From: Klebsiella pneumoniae
Lineage (GTDB): Bacteria > Myxococcota_A > UBA796 > SXON01
Direction: 5' to 3'
Assembly: GCA_945867435.1 (NCBI GenBank)
Contig: CAMBIK010000002.1
Coordinates: 1 to 49,045, forward strand
DNA length: 49,045 nt
Of the stretch, positions 42,679-49,045 are shown piece by piece. Position 1 is the first letter of the stretch, and each line of letters begins with the position of its first letter. The position numbers were made by a program, and so were the translations under genes. The notes beneath the pieces were generated by a model that worked only from the letters and a program-made list of their open reading frames with translations, did no database searches and was not told where the DNA came from.

Positions 42679-42957
42679 CTACCCCGCCTTGGCCGCCAGG
42701 GTGACCAGCACGACCATCGCCACGCCCCAGCCGCGACGATGGTGAGGAGCGAAGTGATGCCCACGTCCACCCGCGAATCGACCACGGCCGGGCTCAGGAG
42801 GAACATCAGGGCGGCGCGCACGATCACACACGCCGCCGGGAGGAAGAGCTTGGCGGCGTAGGCGACCAGGGGCCGGACGATCGGCACAGAGAGGGTGGCC
42901 CGCGAGCGCGGGACCAAAACAGGACCTGAGAAACGCCAAGAAGAAGGGGAGGGCCAT
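42679..42957 (-). pseudogene. Small (~90 aa) hydrophobic membrane-protein gene whose coding signal changes frame (sequencing indel, pseudogene or recoding)
   Basis: The frame-A ORF (ATG 42957 to TAG 42679) looks coding only at its ends (MALPFFLAFLRSCF..., ...VAMVVLVTLAAKAG). Between ~42729 and ~42915 the +1 frame carries the G/C3 bias and TM-like sequence (ATLSVPIVRPLVAYAAKLFLPAACVIVRAALMFLLSPAVVDSRVDVGITSLLTIVAAGA). The switch points lie at homopolymers 42916-42919 and 42725-42728. Confidence 0.4.
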
Positions 42958-43010
42958 GGCGGCGAGCCCACATCATTTCGCTGGGGGAATGGCAAATGAG
43001 CCGCCAGCGT

Positions 43011-43886
43011 TCACAAACCCCGCGACCACTCCGGGCGCAGGGGAATCTTCCCGGCCAGCGCGGCGTCGAGCGCGGCCACCATCTGGGTTCGGGCTGCTGG
43101 CAGGGTGCCGGCCAGCGGCAGATAGTTGCTGGCGTGGTTGGTTCGGAAAACCGCGTGAGTGGGGTTGGCTTCGGCCAGGAAGGTGCGCAGCTCGCGGAGG
43201 AGCCCAGGCACTTCGGGCAAGACGAAGCCGCCGCGCTCGTGGAGTCGAGCCAGCGGCGTTCCCGGCACCACAGTGAGCGTCAACGCTGAGAGGAAGGCCG
43301 GGTCCATCGCGGTGGCCAGTGCCGCGGAGGCGGAGGCGTGCTCGTGGCTGCGGGCCACGCCGCCGGCGCCCAGCAGGAAGATCACCGACAGCTCGATTCC
43401 GGCTGCGTGGGCCTTCTGTGCCGCCTCCACATGCTCTGCTGCTGTGGAGCCCTTGGCGATGCGGCGGAGGGTGGGGTCATCCCCCGACTCAGGCCCGATG
43501 TACAGGCGGGAGAGTCCGAGGGAGCGAAGGGTGGCGAGCTCTGCAGGGGACTTCTCCAGGATGTTCCGCGCCATCGCGTAGGCGCTCACTCGGCGCAGGT
43601 TGGGGAACAGTGAACTGACCTCTCGCAGGATCGGCTCCCAGGCTTCCAGGGGCAAGACCAGGGCATCGCCGTCTGCAACGAAGATCTTCTCCACGCAGGT
43701 CCCAAACCGAGGGGCCAATGCTCGGAGATCCTCGATGCATTCCGAAACCGGCCGCGCGCGCATTACGGGCTTGTCTCGGTACATGTCGCAATAGGTGCAT
43801 CGGTTCCATGAACAGCCGATCGTGGCCTGGAGGATCAACGCATTGGCTTCGGATGGTGGGCGATAAAGCTTGCCGACATAGCGCAT
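43011..43886 (-). CDS. Radical SAM protein (Elp3-type domain), cluster motif CX4CX2C
   Basis: MRYVGKLYRPPSEANALILQATIGCSWNRCTYCDMY (Cys codons within 43788-43814). TIM-barrel-like remainder: FVADGDAL, YIGPESGDD, VIFLLGAGG. Confidence 0.8.
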   Translation of the reverse strand: MRYVGKLYRPPSEANALILQATIGCSWNRCTYCDMYRDKPVMRARPVSECIEDLRALAPRFGTCVEKIFVADGDALVLPLEAWEPILREVSSLFPNLRRVSAYAMARNILEKSPAELATLRSLGLSRLYIGPESGDDPTLRRIAKGSTAAEHVEAAQKAHAAGIELSVIFLLGAGGVARSHEHASASAALATAMDPAFLSALTLTVVPGTPLARLHERGGFVLPEVPGLLRELRTFLAEANPTHAVFRTNHASNYLPLAGTLPAARTQMVAALDAALAGKIPLRPEWSRGL

Positions 43887-43975
43887 GAGGGTGAGGCTCT
43901 AACTCCGTCACCCTCGATGCCAGGAGCCAGCGGACCGGACGGCGCTGAACCGTTACGATAAGGTATGGCCAGCCC

Positions 43976-44005
43976 TTGACCCGAAGCACGAACGGGGCGT
44001 AGCCT
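43976..44005 (+). promoter_or_regulatory. Candidate sigma70-type promoter for the 44026 gene
   Basis: TTGACC (43976-43981), an 18-nt spacer, then TAGCCT (44000-44005), 20 nt upstream of ATG 44026. This is a sequence match only. Confidence 0.3.
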
Positions 44006-44025
44006 CAACTCAACCAGAGATTCTC

Positions 44026-44595
44026 ATGAACACCGAAGCCCTCGAGACCCCTGCACGCGAGCCTACGGGGTTCGACCTGGTTTCTGCGACAGAGTCCGGT
44101 GCATTTTTCACGGACGCGCTCGCCCCGGTGCTTCGTGTCGTCGCTTTTCTTGGCTTTGTCCCTGTCCTGGCCGCACTCGTGGCCGCTGGCCAGGTTGGAC
44201 CCGATGCCTCCTCGGTGCCGATGATGGTCGTGGCGATCATGTGCGCTTTGGCCGGGTGGCTGGGGTTGAAGGTGCTGTTCGCCCGCGCCGGCCGGCTGGA
44301 GAAAATCACTGGGGAGCGCTTCCCGGTAGCCTTGGTGGTTCGTGAGTGTGTACGCGCGTTCGCCGAGGTCGTCTTCGTATGGTCGATGACCGTGGGCACG
44401 GTCGGGTGGATGGCCATGGTGTGGGAAACAGGCAGGGTCGATGTCGCAAGCACATGGGTCGGCCTGGCGACCGCAGGCGGGATCGCGATCGGCGGGGGGG
44501 TCTTTCTGATCGCCGCGCACCTTTGGACCGAAATCGCTGCGGCCATTACCGTGATTGCGAGCAAGACCTCGGGCGCGGCAGCAGCCGAGCCGTAG
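44026..44595 (+). CDS. Hypothetical integral membrane protein (about 4 TM segments)
   Basis: The 189-aa ORF has good G/C3. Hydrophobic segments: VLRVVAFLGFVPVLAALVAAG, MMVVAIMCALAGWLGLKVLF, FAEVVFVWSMTVGTVGWMAMVW, GLATAGGIAIGGGVFLIAAHLW. Confidence 0.65.
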   Translation: MNTEALETPAREPTGFDLVSATESGAFFTDALAPVLRVVAFLGFVPVLAALVAAGQVGPDASSVPMMVVAIMCALAGWLGLKVLFARAGRLEKITGERFPVALVVRECVRAFAEVVFVWSMTVGTVGWMAMVWETGRVDVASTWVGLATAGGIAIGGGVFLIAAHLWTEIAAAITVIASKTSGAAAAEP

Positions 44596-44671
44596 TCACG
44601 GGGTACGCCGCCCGGTCACGCCGCGCTCGTCGGGACTGCCGGGATAAGGGCTATCGCCGAATCGAGGTTCC

Positions 44672-46252
44672 ATGCGCACCACCGTTCTCCTCCTCCTCCT
44701 AGCCGGTTGTGGCGAAAACCTCCTGACGTACGGCAAGGACGCTGAGGCCCCCTCGATCGAGGTGAGCGCGACGTTTCTCACCTTCGACGTCGCGGGGAGC
44801 CAAACGATCACCGTGGCGAGCGCGGGAGACGTGCCTCTGGAACTTTCCTCGATCACGCTGCGGAGCGGCGGCGCGTTCACGCTCACCAGCACGGGCGGTC
44901 TCCCCGGCGGGCTGGCGCCTGGCGAAACGGCGGATCTGGTGATTACATGGGCGCCTGAAGTCGAGGAAACGGCGGATTGGCTGGACATTGTCAGCGACGA
45001 CCCCGACTCGCCACTGGTTCCGGTCCAGCTTGAGGGTGCGGCGGACAGCAACGACACCGGCGAAGTCACCGCTGTGGCGGCGGCAACGCTCGACCCTGCC
45101 AAGGCGAGCCTGGAGGCGGTGGTGGGTGAGACGGTAACGGCTGCATTCACGCTCCAAAATACCGGTGAAACGGTGATCGTGGTGAACGCCAGCGTCGCTG
45201 GCAACGGCTTTGCGCTCACGACACCGGCGTCGTGGCCCGCATCGGTCGAGGTGGGGGGATCGCTCGAACTGGACGTGTCGTTCACGCCCGACTCGACGGG
45301 CGCTTTCGTGGGCCAGTTGGATGTGGAAGTGTTGGATCTCCCAGCGATGAGCGCGGGGTTGGTTGGGACCGGCCTCGCACCGGACGCCGACTTCGTACCC
45401 GTGGCGTACACATGGGCTGGGGCGGCTCAGTCATTCATCGTGCCTACCGGCGTTTATTCGGTGACCGTTGAGGCCTGGGGTGCCGGTGGCGGCGCTGGTT
45501 CCTACACCGGTGCCTACGCCGGCGGCGGCGGCGGCGGCGCCTACGCGACGACGGTCTTGGCCGTGACCCCTGGGGAGGTTTTGACGATCCGCCCAGGAGA
45601 AGGAGGACCCCAGCCGGGCGGCGGCGGGGGCGCGACCTTGGTTTGGGACGATGCAAGCGACCTCGTGCTGGTCGCCGGCGCGGGGGGCGGCGGCGGCACG
45701 GATGGGGGTTCCAGGCTCTCGGGCAGCGGGGATGGCGGCGCGGGCGGCGCGGGCACGGGCGGGACGGGGAACACGCAGTTCGACAGCTATTGGGGCTCCG
45801 CCGCGGGCGGGCAGGGGGGAGCGGCGGCAGCAGGCGGCGCGGGGGGCTCCGCGGTTCTGGGGGCGGCGAGCGGGCCCGCGTGCACGGGCGGTACGGGGGG
45901 GCTGCAAGCGGGCGGCGGCGGGGCGACGGGTTCCTCGTCTTGCACGGTCGGTACAGCCGCGAACGCGGACAGTGCCGGCGTCGGCAGCAGCAACGGCGCG
46001 GGCGGGGGGGGCGGCTCGGGGTGGTACGGCGGTGGCGGTGGCGCTTCGATCTACACTTACTTTGGGGGCGGCGGCGGCGGTGGATCCAGCTCCTGCCCAA
46101 CCGGAACGGTCTCGGCGGGGGCCGGCGGAACGCCCGGTGGAACCAGCAGCTCGGCGTGGGACGGCGCGGCCGGAGCCGGCGGCGTTCCAGGAACTTGGCC
46201 CGCGACTCCCTCTACGGACGGGGCGCCCGGCCGGGTGGTGGTCGGGCCGTGA
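44672..46252 (+). CDS. Lipoprotein with two Ig-like (choice-of-anchor-D/ASH-like) modules and a C-terminal glycine-rich domain
   Basis: GAGG lies 4-5 nt before ATG 44672. Lipobox: MRTTVLLLLLAGC. Ig-like modules: ...LTFDVAGSQTITVASAGDVPLELSSITL...LAPGETADLVITWAP... and a second copy. The Gly-rich region starts at YTWAGAAQSFIVPTGVYSVTVEAWGAGGGAG. Confidence 0.8.
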   Translation: MRTTVLLLLLAGCGENLLTYGKDAEAPSIEVSATFLTFDVAGSQTITVASAGDVPLELSSITLRSGGAFTLTSTGGLPGGLAPGETADLVITWAPEVEETADWLDIVSDDPDSPLVPVQLEGAADSNDTGEVTAVAAATLDPAKASLEAVVGETVTAAFTLQNTGETVIVVNASVAGNGFALTTPASWPASVEVGGSLELDVSFTPDSTGAFVGQLDVEVLDLPAMSAGLVGTGLAPDADFVPVAYTWAGAAQSFIVPTGVYSVTVEAWGAGGGAGSYTGAYAGGGGGGAYATTVLAVTPGEVLTIRPGEGGPQPGGGGGATLVWDDASDLVLVAGAGGGGGTDGGSRLSGSGDGGAGGAGTGGTGNTQFDSYWGSAAGGQGGAAAAGGAGGSAVLGAASGPACTGGTGGLQAGGGGATGSSSCTVGTAANADSAGVGSSNGAGGGGGSGWYGGGGGASIYTYFGGGGGGGSSSCPTGTVSAGAGGTPGGTSSSAWDGAAGAGGVPGTWPATPSTDGAPGRVVVGP

Positions 46253-48075
46253 TCTTGCTGTGGGCGATGGCGTGCGCGCCCCCGGATTCCGCCGCTCCGG
46301 GGGACACGCAGTCCGCATCGGAGACCGGGGCTCCGCTCCAAGCCGACTTGCTGCTTTGGAACGCCACCGTGATTGACGAGTCGGGTCGTCGCGAACACGT
46401 CGCCGTGCTCATCGACGGCGACTCCATCAGCGCTGTAGTTCCCGCGGGAGACGCGCTTCCGGAAGGCGCGTTCGACGCAACGGGGCGCTTTGTCGTACCG
46501 GGCTTGGTCGATAGTCATGTACACCTCGCCCACAGCGGCACGCTCGAGGCCGTCGGGGACACCCTGGACAACAATCTCCGGGCTCAGACCCTGTCGGGGA
46601 TCACCCAGGTTGTGGATCTGGGCGGTCCGCGCTCGCTGTTTGACTTGCGCGATCGGCTTGACCTCGCAGGCGGACCGACGCCGAGAATCTGGGCGACGGG
46701 CCCGTTCCTGACCACGGCGGCCTCCCACCCCTGCGAGAGCGCTCCGAACGCGGACCTGTGCGTGTTTGTGGATACGCCTGAATCCGGCACGGTCGAAACC
46801 GCTGCGCTCGCGACCGCTGGCGCCGATGGCATCAAGATCGCCCTCGCCGACGCCGGGTTCTCCCGATGGGGCCCGACACCCCGACTGGACCTGGACGTGC
46901 TCTCGGCGATCACAGCAGGGTCCCTCCCGGTTTGGGCCCATGTGGACACCCAAACCGACGCCGTCGATGCCGTCGCCAACGGTGCGCTCCTGCTCGGGCA
47001 CCCGCCGTTCGACGCACCGCTCGATGAAGCAGGCGCTGCCTTGCTTGCGGAGGCCGAGGCCGTCGCAACTACCGTGTCTGCCTTCGCGAACGTAGGGCGC
47101 CTACTGGATGGGTCCCTGGACCCTCAAGACCCAAGTCTGGAGCTCACGGACGGCCAGCGGGCGAGCTGGCAGCGCGTGGCCGATTCCCCGGGTACGCTGT
47201 TGCCAGGCTGGGCTGAAGCGAACCTAGAATGGATGGAATCAGCGCGTGGGAGTTTGGCGTCCTTGGAGATTGCGGAGGTGCTCGTCGTGCCGGGCAGCGA
47301 CGCCGGGTACTATTTTGTGCCGCACGGTCGTGGGCTCCACGACGAGCTGCAGGAGCTGGTCGCGCTGGGCCTCGACCCGCGCACGGTCCTTGTCCGCGCA
47401 ACGTTCGCAGCACGACAGGTCCTTGGCCTCCCCGGGGGGCGCATTGCGGCTGGCGAACCGGCCGATTTGTTGCTGCTGGCGGAGGATCCCGACCTGAACA
47501 TCGGGGCGCTTTCGCGACCGGACAGAGTGGTTTTGCGAGGCCGAGCGTGGACGGCTGACACGATCCGGAGCGCCGACTTGCTCCCCGATGGCGCTTCGGA
47601 GGGTGGGGACGCCTGCCTGGAGCACGCCGACTGTTCGACGGGCGCTTGCGATGCGTTGTCCCACGCCTGCGCAGGTTCCTGCGCCGTGCCCTACGAAACC
47701 GTGGATACGTCGTGTGGTTCAACCGCGTGGTGCATGCCTGCTGATGCCGCCACGGATGCGCAGGGCGTGTGTCGCGAAGAGGAACTGTGTAGCCTTGAAG
47801 AGCAGGATTGCGGTCCCGAACCTTACGATCGCGCTTGTCTCCCGTACGATGAGGACACCAACGCGTGCTGGTACGCCGGCCCGCGAGTTGTGGGTCAGAC
47901 GTGCGCGACCACCACCGAATCCACGTCGTGTGAAGCCGGGCTCTACTGTTCCCCGGTGGACGCCCACTGTTACGCGCTCTGCCTGCCCGAGGGCCCGGAG
48001 AGCTGCGCTCGGCCATCGAGGTGTGTCGTGATTCCCAAGGCGGATGGCTCGCAGTGGTTCGGGCTTTGCTTGTGA
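46249..48075 (+). CDS. Amidohydrolase-family metallo-hydrolase lipoprotein with a C-terminal Cys-rich domain
   Basis: GTG 46249 overlaps the upstream TGA (GTGA) and gives (M)ILLWAMAC. Motifs: VVPGLVDSHVHLAH (HxH metal motif), VVPGSDAGY. The last ~170 aa carry about 20 Cys in repeated D/E-x-x-C...G...C patterns. The track start at 45643 is rejected because that segment is Arg/Gly-rich and overlaps the previous gene. Confidence 0.8.
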   Translation: MILLWAMACAPPDSAAPGDTQSASETGAPLQADLLLWNATVIDESGRREHVAVLIDGDSISAVVPAGDALPEGAFDATGRFVVPGLVDSHVHLAHSGTLEAVGDTLDNNLRAQTLSGITQVVDLGGPRSLFDLRDRLDLAGGPTPRIWATGPFLTTAASHPCESAPNADLCVFVDTPESGTVETAALATAGADGIKIALADAGFSRWGPTPRLDLDVLSAITAGSLPVWAHVDTQTDAVDAVANGALLLGHPPFDAPLDEAGAALLAEAEAVATTVSAFANVGRLLDGSLDPQDPSLELTDGQRASWQRVADSPGTLLPGWAEANLEWMESARGSLASLEIAEVLVVPGSDAGYYFVPHGRGLHDELQELVALGLDPRTVLVRATFAARQVLGLPGGRIAAGEPADLLLLAEDPDLNIGALSRPDRVVLRGRAWTADTIRSADLLPDGASEGGDACLEHADCSTGACDALSHACAGSCAVPYETVDTSCGSTAWCMPADAATDAQGVCREEELCSLEEQDCGPEPYDRACLPYDEDTNACWYAGPRVVGQTCATTTESTSCEAGLYCSPVDAHCYALCLPEGPESCARPSRCVVIPKADGSQWFGLCL

Positions 48076-48271
48076 GGGGGCTAAGGATCGGCCGGACCGC
48101 GTAAATCGGTATCCACCCACCAAACCCCATCTCCCCTGCGGCTTGGCTTCGTCGTTCGCGGCGTGGGTCTCGTGGGCTTGTGAGACTACGACCCCGACGC
48201 GCAACGGGTGGTTTACGGGCGTTGGAATCCGCTCGACCGGCACCCGTCGATGGAGGAGAACGCTTAGACAA

Positions 48272-48304
48272 TAGGGAGTGCGGTGTTGCGCCGGTGACTC
48301 CCTA
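48272..48304 (-). terminator. Possible intrinsic terminator of the small minus-strand gene
   Basis: On the minus strand, TAGGGAGT (starting with the TAG stop) pairs with ACTCCCTA over 8 bp around a 17-nt loop. It is followed by UUGUCU. Confidence 0.3.
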
Positions 48305-48493
48305 CCGATCCTCCCCCGGCTTCTTCTCGATGCGCCCTTCGCGTTCCATCTCTTCGTAGAGGTTTCGCTTCGGTTCGCTGAACTTGTTGGGCGCGTCCGA
48401 GGAGGTGTCGCCAAGGTTGGAGACGATCTTCTCGCCGTACCGGCTCATGAGCTTTTCCTTTAATCCGCGAAGCACGTTTCGTCCGATGCCCAT
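48302..48493 (-). CDS. Small (63 aa) charged hypothetical protein
   Basis: ATG 48493 is preceded by GGAGG at 5-nt spacing. Sequence: MGIGRNVLRGLKEKLMSRYGEKIVSNLGDTSSDAPNKFSEPKRNLYEEMEREGRIEKKPGEDR. The longer track ORF (to 48793) is rejected because its extension is non-coding-like and overlaps the plus-strand ORF. Confidence 0.6.
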   Translation of the reverse strand: MGIGRNVLRGLKEKLMSRYGEKIVSNLGDTSSDAPNKFSEPKRNLYEEMEREGRIEKKPGEDR

Positions 48494-48590
48494 TTCGCCT
48501 CCGACCGTGATGTGGACTCTACTTTCGGAACCGCCCGCGGGCAACGGCGGGTTCCCGATCGCGGGGCATGCGATACACTGGGAGGGTTGC

Positions 48591-49045
48591 ATGCCGCTTG
48601 CCTCTCCGGTCCAGTCCCCGCAAGCCCACCTTTGGGTGCGGCGTTCCAACGCAGACGATGGGCTGTTTACGGTGCGGTTCGAGGTGACGAGCGGGAAGGG
48701 GACGCTCCGGATCGAACGTCCGGGGATGCAGGTCACCCCCCCGGCCCGTCCGAACGGCATCGAGGAGCGGCTCACTGCGAAGGAATTGCTCAAAGCAAAG
48801 TTCGTCGTGACTTGTGACGACGGAGGGGCGAAACAGGTTCACACCTTCGAACGGCTCGTGGGCCCCGGTCTCGACCACCTGGAGTTGGAACGCTGGCACG
48901 AGATCGTCGTGGGCACCGACGGAGTGCTGCGCTTCGCCGACCTCGTGGTTCCCCCGCCGCCGCCTGCTCCCGCCTCGACCCGCGGCGAGGTTCCTCGCCT
49001 CGTCCTGCTCTCTCTCCCATTGCCCGACAGTGTCGGTCGGGGCGA
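48591..49045 (+). CDS. 5' part of a hypothetical protein gene running out of the window (absent from the ORF track because it has no stop in the window)
   Basis: ATG 48591 is preceded by GGGAGGG at 5-nt spacing. The frame is open to nt 49045 with high G/C3: MPLASPVQSPQAHLWVRRSNADDGLFTVRFEVTSGKGTLRIERPGMQVTPP...VVPPPPPAPAS... An alternative in-frame ATG lies at 48510. Confidence 0.6.
   Translation, partial: MPLASPVQSPQAHLWVRRSNADDGLFTVRFEVTSGKGTLRIERPGMQVTPPARPNGIEERLTAKELLKAKFVVTCDDGGAKQVHTFERLVGPGLDHLELERWHEIVVGTDGVLRFADLVVPPPPPAPASTRGEVPRLVLLSLPLPDSVGRG

Noticed and set aside
42661-42681. Small hairpin TAGCG...CGCTA linking the secA and small-ORF stop codons
   Set aside because: It has only 5 bp and no U-tract, which is too weak to call a terminator.
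45478-46110. Repetitive GGCGGCGG-type DNA considered as a tandem repeat or CRISPR-like array
   Set aside because: There is no unit/spacer periodicity. The repetition is codon-level (Gly codons) inside an ORF.
45431-46318. Minus-strand Arg/Pro-rich ORFs (295 aa and 218 aa), and the 45643-46248 leader of the 810-aa plus ORF
   Set aside because: All are alternative readings of the GGC/GGG-rich tract that encodes the glycine-rich domain. Only the 44672-46252 frame has a lipobox, Ig-like modules and a sensible stop/start coupling.
48076-48301. Possible tRNA in the long intergenic region (GTTGGAATCC resembles a T-loop)
   Set aside because: The flanking bases do not form a T-arm or an acceptor stem, so there is no cloverleaf.
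1-49045. Mobile elements, prophage, defence islands, rRNA/tRNA genes
   Set aside because: I saw no integrase/transposase/recombinase motifs, no terminal inverted repeats and no abrupt compositional island. The only lower-G/C3 gene is the 63-aa ORF at 48302-48493.

Overview
This is a densely coding, GC-rich bacterial chromosomal segment with strong G/C bias at codon position 3. I call 43 protein-coding genes plus one frame-disrupted small ORF. I see no rRNA, tRNA, CRISPR array, transposase or integrase. The domain repertoire (AgmX/PglI-type C-terminal domain, DUF4388, choice-of-anchor-D-like Ig modules, Cys-rich repeats, two type IV pilus loci) suggests a Myxococcota-like deltaproteobacterium; this is inference only. 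Layout: (i) 1-5022, + strand: minor-pilin/PilY1 set (pilV-like 3' end, pilW, pilX, pilY1). (ii) 5056-13847, minus strand: ABC ATPase, ABC-2 permease, GldG-like protein, DUF4340 protein, lipoprotein with a tetrahaem cytochrome c domain, tsaD, rsmA, PP2C phosphatase. (iii) 13873-15013: hypothetical protein and rimI. (iv) 15117-19047, minus strand: degenerate multidomain signalling protein, Prx-like/rhodanese fusion, zinc-ribbon/AgmX-C protein. (v) 19078-23868, + strand: four translationally coupled genes (HEAT-repeat, degenerate HD-GYP-like, LarE-like, CPBP protease). (vi) 23875-36585, minus strand: pilMNOPQ-aroK-aroB, two paralogous lipoproteins, TPR, aroQ-accB-accC, TPR. (vii) 36.6-49 kb: polytopic membrane/TPR protein, secA, radical SAM protein, membrane protein, Gly-rich lipoprotein, amidohydrolase, a small protein, and the 5' end of an ORF that leaves the window. 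Thirteen gene junctions are ATGA/GTGA 4-nt overlaps, and I used these to fix start codons. Top finding: the tetrahaem lipoprotein gene is complete (lipoprotein leader plus haem domain) only if an in-frame TGA (9082-9084, minus strand) in an ...EPCG-TGA-P... context is decoded. That TGA is followed by a hairpin whose GGUCU apical loop sits at +22..+26 from the UGA, the same register as I recall for the E. coli fdhF SECIS. This makes it a candidate undescribed selenoprotein riding on an ABC/GldG/DUF4340 module. All family names come from motifs I recognise by eye; no searches were run.
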